Shown piece by piece: positions 8,997-16,380 of a stretch of DNA of 45,358 bases. The notes under the pieces are model-generated. The model had not been told where the DNA came from. It saw nothing but the letters and a program-made list of their open reading frames with translations, and did not search any database. Position 1 is the first letter of the stretch. Every line of letters starts with the position of its first letter. The DNA is from an uncultured Anaerolineales bacterium (GTDB taxonomy: Bacteria; Chloroflexota; Anaerolineae; B4-G1; SLSP01): contig CAYXVS010000001.1 in NCBI GenBank assembly GCA_964468735.1, positions 1 through 45,358 on the forward strand, given 5' to 3'. A program made the position numbers and the translations under genes.

Positions 8997-9065
8997 CTCG
9001 CATGTTGTGAGAATCGCCGCGATCCTCGCCAACGGCGGTTTGGGTCATCATATTACGCGCCTCAG

Positions 9066-9707
9066 CTACGAAGACGGCCGTCGCCCACCGACCAATTCAT
9101 CCTGAAACAGCTGTAAACCCTCCCAATCGCCCGCCGCCGCCAACGCCGCCTGCTCCGACCACGTCTCTGGGACAGCCATCCGAAAGCGCGGGCCAGCCTC
9201 TTTCAAGACCTCCTCCAGGCGGGCGACCTCGGTCTCGGCAAGCTGCTCGAAGGTCAGGATGCCGTGTTCGTTCAGGATTTCGGCGATTTTCGGCCCAATG
9301 CCCTCGATCTTGCGGAGTTCATCCGGCTCAACAGGCGTAGGCGACACGCTAAAAGAGGTTCTGCCAGCTTTCGTGGCCGCCAACGAGGCCTTCAGTTCCT
9401 CGATCTCGTCCTCAGCAACAGCAAGGGCGGATTGACACGTCTGGACCTTATCGCGCTGCGTCTCGAGTCCAGTCTCGCATTCGGCCAGTTGCTCCACCTG
9501 CTGTTCGTAGTGCGCCACCTTCTGCTCCAACGCGCGCACCCGATCCTGTGCCGCCGCCAGCGATCGCCGCAACTCTATCTTGGATTTATCCTCATGCTGA
9601 TGTCCCCTACGCCCAAAGAGATGATCCACCCCCCATTCCAACCCTCCTCCCACTAACATCCCGGTGAAAAAACTTAGCCAGTGCATCCTTTCCTCCTTTA
9701 GACTCAA
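9066..9707 (-). CDS. Membrane-anchored coiled-coil protein with C-terminal helix-hairpin-helix domain
   Basis: 213-aa ORF. N-terminal hydrophobic segment WLSFFTGMLVGGGL, a central coiled-coil-like stretch and a C-terminal DELRKIEGIGPKIAEILNEHGILTFEQLA HhH motif. AAGGAGG before the ATG. Confidence 0.7.
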   Translation of the reverse strand: MSLKEERMHWLSFFTGMLVGGGLEWGVDHLFGRRGHQHEDKSKIELRRSLAAAQDRVRALEQKVAHYEQQVEQLAECETGLETQRDKVQTCQSALAVAEDEIEELKASLAATKAGRTSFSVSPTPVEPDELRKIEGIGPKIAEILNEHGILTFEQLAETEVARLEEVLKEAGPRFRMAVPETWSEQAALAAAGDWEGLQLFQDELVGGRRPSS

Positions 9708-9741
9708 TGAATGAACGAATTAGCAAGTCAGCAAATGGGTA

Positions 9742-9762
9742 ACCGCTTGAGGCGCAAGCGGT
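9742..9762 (-). terminator. Weak terminator-like hairpin right after the bPH2 gene stop
   Basis: ACCGCTTG-AGGCG-CAAGCGGT, an 8-bp stem. It abuts the stop at 9763-9765. The downstream minus-strand tract TACCCATTTGC is only weakly U-rich. Confidence 0.35.
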
Positions 9763-10398
9763 CTACTCGTTAGCTTCGACTTCTACAGCGCGACGAATCG
9801 CGCGGAGTTCGGCCAATATCTCCTCCAACACCCGCGCCGATGGCGATGGATCGACGGCGCTCGCAGACTCTTCGCTCATCGTGGGTTCCATCCCCCCTCG
9901 AAAGCGGCGTAAACGCTCGACCACGCGCTCATAGACCGCCTGCGCATCGACCAAGCCGACCAAGGATTGCTCCGCTCGCCCGGTCGAATCGCTGAGGCCA
10001 GCGGTCTGAATCTCCAGCGTGCCCAGGTTGAACTGCCGATCCAAAATATCGCGCTTGATGGTTAAGTTGGTCACCGTGCGATAGGGCACGTGCTTGATCG
10101 ATTGGGTCCAGATGCCCACATGGACGATTACCTCATCCTCATGAATCTCATAGCGCAGGCTGCGATAGTAGGGGCCGACGAGGGCCATCGCCGGCAGCCA
10201 CCACAGCAGATTCAGACCGCCCATGACCAAGAAGGCTATGCGGAGCACTTCCCCGCCGGTCTCCGAATCCAAGCTAATCAGCCACCCGATCCCTAAACCG
10301 CAGAGAAGGATCACCCCAGCAATGAGGGTGAATTTCCAACGCAGTTTTTGCTGATAATCCGGGCTAGGCCGGAGGGTCCTTACCTCTTCTTCGTTCAT
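9763..10398 (-). CDS. bPH_2 (YdbS/YdbT-like) membrane PH-domain protein
   Basis: 211-aa ORF. Two N-terminal TM helices, then the bacterial PH-domain signature ...KHVPYRTVTNLTIKRDILDRQFNLGTLEIQTAG. Confidence 0.75.
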   Translation of the reverse strand: MNEEEVRTLRPSPDYQQKLRWKFTLIAGVILLCGLGIGWLISLDSETGGEVLRIAFLVMGGLNLLWWLPAMALVGPYYRSLRYEIHEDEVIVHVGIWTQSIKHVPYRTVTNLTIKRDILDRQFNLGTLEIQTAGLSDSTGRAEQSLVGLVDAQAVYERVVERLRRFRGGMEPTMSEESASAVDPSPSARVLEEILAELRAIRRAVEVEANE

Positions 10399-10465
10399 CT
10401 TACGGGCCTTTCATCTACAAGAACTCTGCCGAAATCGGATCAACGGCGAGATACTGCGTGCCGGT

Positions 10466-11020
10466 TCAATCCATAACTTCGCGCACGATGGCGCGGATGA
10501 CAAGGAACATCAGCAGCAGCAAAACAATGGCGCCGACGACCACGGGAATCACGTTGGTGATCGGATAATCGGCGATGATGCGCTGATAGACCGCGTCCGG
10601 CTCTGGCGTGTCCGAAAGGCGCCGGGCGCGCAGATAGTGCTCCGTCTCAGACTTCTCAAGCAGCGGATGCAACCACTCGGGGAATTCAGAGATGGCGACG
10701 TCCGCATCCACCACCTCGAAATCACCGATCTGATACGCGCGCCCCCCGGCGGCGATGACGCCCTCCTCGGCGGCCTTCAAATTGCGGAACCAATCCACGC
10801 GGTCGCCGTAGGGCATCGGGATGACAAAGCCCTCCTCGGTGCGCATCGCAACGACCGGGGTCTGGTACACGCGCCCCGACGCGCGCCCCACGTGCCGGAT
10901 GATCGCGTAGGGGCTGTACGGGCGTCCGGCGAAGCTCAGCGTGAAGGGGTTGAGGATCTGCTTGTTGAAGTACCGCACCTGCTCTTTGATTTGATCGAAT
11001 GTCGATAGATCTGCCATCAC
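10466..11020 (-). CDS. DUF385 / deazaflavin(F420)-dependent nitroreductase-family protein with C-terminal TM helix
   Basis: 184-aa ORF. FNKQILNPFTLSFAGRPYSPYAIIRHVGRASGRVYQTPV is typical of the family. Hydrophobic tail IPVVVGAIVLLLLMFLVI. AAGGAGG upstream. Confidence 0.75.
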   Translation of the reverse strand: MMADLSTFDQIKEQVRYFNKQILNPFTLSFAGRPYSPYAIIRHVGRASGRVYQTPVVAMRTEEGFVIPMPYGDRVDWFRNLKAAEEGVIAAGGRAYQIGDFEVVDADVAISEFPEWLHPLLEKSETEHYLRARRLSDTPEPDAVYQRIIADYPITNVIPVVVGAIVLLLLMFLVIRAIVREVMD

Positions 11021-11181
11021 GCCGCCTCCTTAATCTAGTTGATCTGTCCCTCAGAGTTAGACTTATTGTACAGCAAAGGGAAGAAGTTTCAAAAGAATCC
11101 CACAGCACCTTTGCCCCGCAATAGTCCCCTTGAAAAACCATCGGATACAGGTGATGAGCGTTCTCGACCATCTCACCATGC

Positions 11182-11211
11182 AAAAACCCCCAGCGCAGGT
11201 CGCACTGGGGG
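11182..11211 (-). terminator. Intrinsic terminator of the serpin gene
   Basis: Stem CCCCCAG (11187-11193) / CTGGGGG (11205-11211). On the minus strand it is followed by TTTTT (plus-strand AAAAA at 11182-11186). It lies ~25 nt past the stop at 11236. Confidence 0.75.
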
Positions 11212-11235
11212 TCTTGGATATTATACGTCCACTTT

Positions 11236-12522
11236 TTATTCGGCGGCGGGATTCATCACGCGGCCCAAGAAGAGCACCGAGCCGGTCTGCGTATCGCGGA
11301 TGAGGTAGACGAAGGGCCGATCCACGGTCAGTTCGACGTCTGTCACCGGCATCGATGCCAAACCGACGACAACGGCGGTCGCGGCGGCGGCCTCGGTGCC
11401 TTCCTCATCCACGGCCACGAAGGCCTTGTGGAAGACGTCCGTGATCAGAAGATCGCGCGTGCCGTCCATCCCGGAGAAATCGGCGCGCTCGCGATCCATC
11501 GCATCGGGCATGCCCATCGCCTCCAACGTATCGGCCAGGCTAAACGAGGCATCATACTCGAATTTGGGCATCGTCAATGCGACGCCGCGCGTTTCCATAT
11601 CGGCCAAGATCGATTGCAGTTGCTCGCCGGAGAGGCCCTGCTCAAAAGCCTCGAATTCCCCGGCGTCCGGCACGATGATGACCATGCTGGCCTCGCCGCC
11701 GCGATAGGGCAGTTCGATGGCCTGATAGTTCGCGCCCTGCGCGTGGGGGATCATCTGCGGCTTGTTCCACGCCATCATCGGCGCCTCGACCTCGCTGCCG
11801 TCCACGAGCGTGAACGCGCCATCGCTGGTATTCTCTTTGGGAAAGGTGTGCATCCACTTGGCATTGAAGTAGATCGCGTTGGCCAAGACGAGGCGGGTCA
11901 GATCCGTGATGCCCCCCTTGGGGATCAAATCCTGGATCTTCTCCTCGGTCTGATCGCTGACCCAATCGTTAATCGCCTCGCGCGCGTCCTCCGGCGCGGT
12001 CTTGAAGCTGACCAAGCGCAATCCAGCGCCGTAGTGGCGGGCCAACAACTCCAGGAAGGCCTCGCGGAAATCGTACTCCTTCTCCGCCCACAGGGAGTTC
12101 GCGATGTGCAGGATGAATTCCTCATCACTCGCCTCTTCTCTCGCCTCATCGCCCGGCTCCAAGGCCAGATTCAGGGCGTTGAACGCCGGATGCAGCTCCT
12201 GTTGAGGCAAAGTGAAGTGCAGCGTCTCCGCCATTTGGGTCTCCGTCTCGCCGCGCGCGCCGGCATAGGTCATCGCCAGCGCCGTGGAAATGCTGTACGG
12301 CGAGAAGAAGAGATTGCCGTCGGTCCCGCGCAGTTCCTGATAGAGATCGGCGGCGAAGGCGGTGTTGCCCTCGACCAAGGCCGCCCTCTGTTCCTCGGAG
12401 ACATCGGGCGTGGTCTCGCGCGGCACATCCGCCTGCGCGACCTCGGCCTTCACCGACTGGGAACTGGGCATGCATCCTGTCATCAACACACTCACCGTTA
12501 ACAAAATCAACCAGATTCTCAT
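11236..12522 (-). CDS. Serpin-family serine protease inhibitor, probable lipoprotein
   Basis: 428-aa ORF. FSPYSISTALAMTYAGARGETETQM, reactive-centre-loop hinge EEGTEAAAATAVV and the C-terminal DRPFVYLIRD...GSVLFLGRV are classic serpin signatures. Signal/lipobox LLTVSVLMTGC. AAGGAGG upstream. Confidence 0.9.
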   Translation of the reverse strand: MRIWLILLTVSVLMTGCMPSSQSVKAEVAQADVPRETTPDVSEEQRAALVEGNTAFAADLYQELRGTDGNLFFSPYSISTALAMTYAGARGETETQMAETLHFTLPQQELHPAFNALNLALEPGDEAREEASDEEFILHIANSLWAEKEYDFREAFLELLARHYGAGLRLVSFKTAPEDAREAINDWVSDQTEEKIQDLIPKGGITDLTRLVLANAIYFNAKWMHTFPKENTSDGAFTLVDGSEVEAPMMAWNKPQMIPHAQGANYQAIELPYRGGEASMVIIVPDAGEFEAFEQGLSGEQLQSILADMETRGVALTMPKFEYDASFSLADTLEAMGMPDAMDRERADFSGMDGTRDLLITDVFHKAFVAVDEEGTEAAAATAVVVGLASMPVTDVELTVDRPFVYLIRDTQTGSVLFLGRVMNPAAE

Positions 12523-12553
12523 CTTTATCCTCCTTTATCGTCATTTAATTAAC

Positions 12554-12646
12554 CCTTGCGAAGGTTGCGAAGAGCCTTTTCAACGAGGTTGTCTTCACCA
12601 GGCCCAAAGGCTTCTGGCCCGAAATTGCTCCCGAACCTTCGCAAGG
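12554..12646. repeat. 13-bp inverted repeat CCTTGCGAAGGTT / AACCTTCGCAAGG (REP-like, TTGCGAA core)
   Basis: 12554-12566 and 12634-12646 are perfect reverse complements. The right arm plus its flank (AACCTTCGCAAGGTTCACGCCTAC) recurs at 45282-45303. Confidence 0.8.
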
Positions 12647-12707
12647 TTCACGCCTACTCTATAGACGCCAAAGAGGATAATTTTGTTCCATTCAGACCAT
12701 CAAGCGA

Positions 12708-14540
12708 TCACGCGGGCGCACCCGCGCGCTGTTTGCGCCAGCCAACCTCTTCCACATACGAAAGCGATTGGTGGCGGAAGTAGGTGTTGTACAGCTCGGC
12801 GTAGTGGCCGCCCTGGGCCATCAAGGCGTCGTGATCGCCCTCCTCGATGATCTGGCCCTCGCGCAGCACGATGATCCGGTCGACGGCGCGAATGGTGGAG
12901 AGCCGATGGGCGATGAGGATCGACGTGCTCCGCTGCAAGATCATGTCCGTCGCCTCCTGGATTTGCATCTCGGTGAAGGGATCGATGCTGGCGGTGGCCT
13001 CATCCAAGATGAAGATGGCCGGCTCCTGCACCAGCACGCGCAGCAGCGCCACCAACTGCCGTTGCCCCATCGAGAGTTTCCCACCGCGCTCGCCCACCTC
13101 CGTCTCGAGGCCGTTGGGCAGCGTTTCCAGCCAGCCGCCCTCGCCAATCTGCCGGGCGATCTGGAGGATTTTCTCATCGGAGATGCCCGGCCGGCCATAG
13201 CGGATGTTATCGGCCACCGTGCCCGTGAAGAGGAAGGGCATCTGCGAGACCATGCCCAACTGCTGCCGGTACTCGTGCAAATCAAAGGTGCGGATGTCGC
13301 GCCCGTCGATGAGGATGCGCCCACCCTGAAACTCGTAGAAGCGCGCGATCAGCTTGGCGATGCTGCTCTTGCCCGCGCCCGTGTGGCCGACCAGCGCCAC
13401 GCTCTCCCCCGGCTCGATGTGCAGGGAAAAATCCTCCAGCACCTGCTCCTGCTCCGTGTAGCGGAAGTCCACGTGATCGAAGAAAATCTCGCCCTTCAGC
13501 TCCTCGACGGATGCCTCTTCCTCTTGGCGCACCGTCGGCTCGGCATCGATCAGCGCGAAGACGCGCTCCGAGGCCGAAAGGCCGCCCTGGACTTGGCTCC
13601 AGAAGGCCGAAAGGCTGATCATCGGGAACCAGAAGCGATCCAAGCTGGAGACGAAGAGGTACCAACTGCCGATGGAGATCGCGCCCGCCGCGGCCGGCAG
13701 GCCGCCAAAGTAGACCAGCACCGCTGTGCCTACGCCGGAGAGCGCGTTGAGCGTCGGGAAGGTCAACGCCAGGGCGTAGCCGCGCCGCAAGTTGACGTGA
13801 TAGGATTGGCGGTTGACCTCGGAGAACTCCTCGTAGATGTTCGCCTCCTGGCGGAAATTCTTGGCGACGCTGATGCCCGTGACCGCCTCTTGAATCGAGG
13901 CGTTGACCTCGGCTAACACCTGGAAGCCCTTGCGCGTGACCCGCCGGGCCAGCCGCCGGAAGGCCATCGCCACGCCGACGACGATGGGCGCCATGCCCAC
14001 CAGAAGCAGCGACAATTGCCACGAGACGCTGAGCAAGTAGCCCAGCAGAATCAGCACCTCCAGCACGCGCCCGATTAAATCAGTGATGAGTTGCACGACC
14101 TGCGCGAATTCCTCCGTATCCGAGGTGATGCGGCTGATGATTCGCCCGGAGCGAAACTCGTCAAAGAAGGACAGGTCGTGCCGTACCGAGGCCGCGAAGG
14201 CGTCCGTGCGCAGCGCGGAGACGATATCGGCGATCGCCATCCCCGTGATCCGCCGTCGCACCCAGTTCACGCCCCAGTTGAACACGCCGTATAAGACCAT
14301 AAAGACGACCACGGAGATGAAGACATCCAAGCGCTCGCGATCCACGACCAGCAGATCCAGCGCGCGCGCGATGGCCACCGGCTGGACGGCGGAAATCAAC
14401 GCGCCGACCGTGATCACCGCCCCGACGCCCAGCACGCGCTTCCGATGCGGTCGGAAATACGAAAACAGGCGTCGCAACAACTCCCGATCGCTGTATTCGC
14501 GATCATAGGCTTCTCGATCTAACCCACTAAAAAATCCCAT
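12708..14540 (-). CDS. ABC exporter, fused permease/ATPase (MsbA/MdlB-like)
   Basis: 610-aa ORF. A six-helix TMD followed by an NBD with Walker A GHTGAGKSS, signature LSMGQRQ and Walker B IFILDEATAS. Confidence 0.9.
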   Translation of the reverse strand: MGFFSGLDREAYDREYSDRELLRRLFSYFRPHRKRVLGVGAVITVGALISAVQPVAIARALDLLVVDRERLDVFISVVVFMVLYGVFNWGVNWVRRRITGMAIADIVSALRTDAFAASVRHDLSFFDEFRSGRIISRITSDTEEFAQVVQLITDLIGRVLEVLILLGYLLSVSWQLSLLLVGMAPIVVGVAMAFRRLARRVTRKGFQVLAEVNASIQEAVTGISVAKNFRQEANIYEEFSEVNRQSYHVNLRRGYALALTFPTLNALSGVGTAVLVYFGGLPAAAGAISIGSWYLFVSSLDRFWFPMISLSAFWSQVQGGLSASERVFALIDAEPTVRQEEEASVEELKGEIFFDHVDFRYTEQEQVLEDFSLHIEPGESVALVGHTGAGKSSIAKLIARFYEFQGGRILIDGRDIRTFDLHEYRQQLGMVSQMPFLFTGTVADNIRYGRPGISDEKILQIARQIGEGGWLETLPNGLETEVGERGGKLSMGQRQLVALLRVLVQEPAIFILDEATASIDPFTEMQIQEATDMILQRSTSILIAHRLSTIRAVDRIIVLREGQIIEEGDHDALMAQGGHYAELYNTYFRHQSLSYVEEVGWRKQRAGAPA

Positions 14541-14565
14541 AGATGTAACGCTCCGTCTTACTAAA

Positions 14566-14641
14566 ACCTTCCGGGAAGCTGCACATCACCCAAAATCATA
14601 AAGCCCCATCTTACTCGGACGATAGCAGCTTCCCGGAAGGT
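14566..14641. repeat. Perfect 17-bp inverted repeat ACCTTCCGGGAAGCTGC / GCAGCTTCCCGGAAGGT with a 42-nt spacer
   Basis: Arms at 14566-14582 and 14625-14641. It lies between the nucleoside hydrolase stop (14702) and the ABC exporter start (14540). Confidence 0.85.
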
Positions 14642-14701
14642 AGCGAACACACGTTTCAAACCCGTCTCCAACATAATCGGATTTCGCGCTTCGTCAAGTC
14701 A

Positions 14702-15625
14702 CTACTGAGCTGCCAGCTTATCGAAGAGATCGTGGAAGATGGCGTTGCGATTCACCCATTGCGCCTCGCGGACGAGGCGCCGCGTCGCGTCGTGCGTCCA
14801 CGTCAGATCGTCGTTCAATATCGGGCTGGGCACGAGCGCGCTCTTGACCCACTCCGGCGCGACGAGATAGGCCACCGCCGCGAGATCCCAAATCTCCTTG
14901 GCCCACGCATAGTGATCATCGCGATAGGCCTTGAAGAGCACAACCAGGTCATCGCCGATGGCGCTTTTGCCCTGGACATAGCGCTCCAGCTCTGGCGCCG
15001 TCGTCAGCATGTGCGAGGCGACCGGATAGCACGGCACGCGCACCAGCGGTACGCCCGCATCCAACACCACGCGGGCGGCTAACGGATCTTGTTGCAGGTT
15101 GAACTCCTGATTGTGCGGCCAATGCGAGGCATGCCCGCCCAGCCACACCACCACGATCCGCTCGGCGATCTCCGGCGCCAGCAGCAGCGCGGAGGCGATG
15201 TTGGTGATCGCGCCGATGGCGACGACGTAGAGCGGCGCAGGGCCGGCCTTCGCGCAGGCGATCAAATCCTCCACGGCCTCGCTCTCGACCGGGGCATCCA
15301 GGTCGGTCAGATAGCGCGTCGCGCCGCGATAGACGAATCCCTCCGGCGCGACCTCCAACTGGGCCAACAGGCGCACGATCTCCTCATAGCTCTGCTCCAT
15401 CCCATCCGCCGGGCTGTTGGATCGACCGTTGTAGAAGGGCGCGGCGTAAATCGCCTCGACCGCCAAGCGCGCGGGGGAGAGCATCGCGTAGACGAGCGCG
15501 AACTGGTCGTCGATCTCGTTGGCCGTGTCGGTGTCCAGCACCATCCGCACGCGCGCCGTGGGCGGCGTCAGGCGGGCGCGCCGTTGCGCCTCGGTCAAAG
15601 ATGGAAACGATGGAAAATCGCTCAT
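14702..15625 (-). CDS. Nucleoside hydrolase (IUNH family)
   Basis: 307-aa ORF with the N-terminal aspartate cluster VLDTDTANEIDDQFAL (DxDxxxDD). Confidence 0.85.
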   Translation of the reverse strand: MSDFPSFPSLTEAQRRARLTPPTARVRMVLDTDTANEIDDQFALVYAMLSPARLAVEAIYAAPFYNGRSNSPADGMEQSYEEIVRLLAQLEVAPEGFVYRGATRYLTDLDAPVESEAVEDLIACAKAGPAPLYVVAIGAITNIASALLLAPEIAERIVVVWLGGHASHWPHNQEFNLQQDPLAARVVLDAGVPLVRVPCYPVASHMLTTAPELERYVQGKSAIGDDLVVLFKAYRDDHYAWAKEIWDLAAVAYLVAPEWVKSALVPSPILNDDLTWTHDATRRLVREAQWVNRNAIFHDLFDKLAAQ

Positions 15626-15627
15626 TA

Positions 15628-16347
15628 TTACTCCTCCTGTTCATCAGATATTGAGTCCAACAGCCCCCGAATCTGGCGGAAGACATCGTCGAACATCTCC
15701 AGCGTGAGCAGGCCCGTCTGGGTGTTCTGCCGGCTCGGATGATACGAGGCGATCAGCGTCGGCAGCGGATCGGGCAGCGGATAGATCTTCCCGTGCTCGA
15801 ATTTGAGACCGCGCACGGCCTGCTGCTGGCCCTGCTCACGCAACAGACGCAGGTAATCCTTGAAAGCCACGTGGCCCAACGCCAAGACGACCTGTGTCTC
15901 CGTCAGGAGCGCCAACTCGCGCGCCAAAAAGGGGCGGCAGTTGTGGCGCTCCTGCGCCTGGGGTCGATTCTGCGGCGGGACGCAGCGCACCACGGCGGTG
16001 ATGAAGACATCATCCAGGCGGAGGCCATCGCCGCGATGGGTGGCCGTAGGTTGATTGGCGAATCCCGCGCGATGCAGCGCGCCGAAGAGCGTCTCGCCGG
16101 AGCTATCGCCCGTGAACATCCGCCCGGTGCGGTTCGAGCCGTGGGCGCCCGGCGCCAGCCCGACGATGACGACGCGGGCCTGACGGTCGCCGAATCCGGG
16201 CACCGGCTGGCCCCAATAGTCCCAATCCTCGTAGGCGCGGCGCTTGGTGCGCGCAACCTCCTCGCGCCACGCGACCAGGCGTGGGCATTGGCGGCAGACG
16301 ATAATCTCGTGATTAAGATGCTCCCACGTCTCTGGGGGATGATCCAT
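15628..16347 (-). CDS. udgB: Uracil-DNA glycosylase superfamily protein, family-5 (UdgB)-like, Fe-S type
   Basis: 239-aa ORF. CRQCPRLVAWRE cysteine motif and VIVGLAPGAHGSNRTGRMFTGD. GLAPG in place of the family-4 GEAPG points to family 5. Confidence 0.75.
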   Translation of the reverse strand: MDHPPETWEHLNHEIIVCRQCPRLVAWREEVARTKRRAYEDWDYWGQPVPGFGDRQARVVIVGLAPGAHGSNRTGRMFTGDSSGETLFGALHRAGFANQPTATHRGDGLRLDDVFITAVVRCVPPQNRPQAQERHNCRPFLARELALLTETQVVLALGHVAFKDYLRLLREQGQQQAVRGLKFEHGKIYPLPDPLPTLIASYHPSRQNTQTGLLTLEMFDDVFRQIRGLLDSISDEQEE

Positions 16348-16380
16348 TCGGGCCTCCTTGGACGTGCAGTTGTTGGATGA

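Noticed and set aside
8742-9032. N-terminal 97 codons of track ORF 4905-9032
   Set aside because: This stretch is translated from the interspersed repeat copies (GGFNFWNYL appears twice, and again in unrelated ORFs at 17610-17825 and 31121-31303). It precedes a good ATG at 8741 with an AGGTG SD and a TM helix, so I treat it as non-coding.
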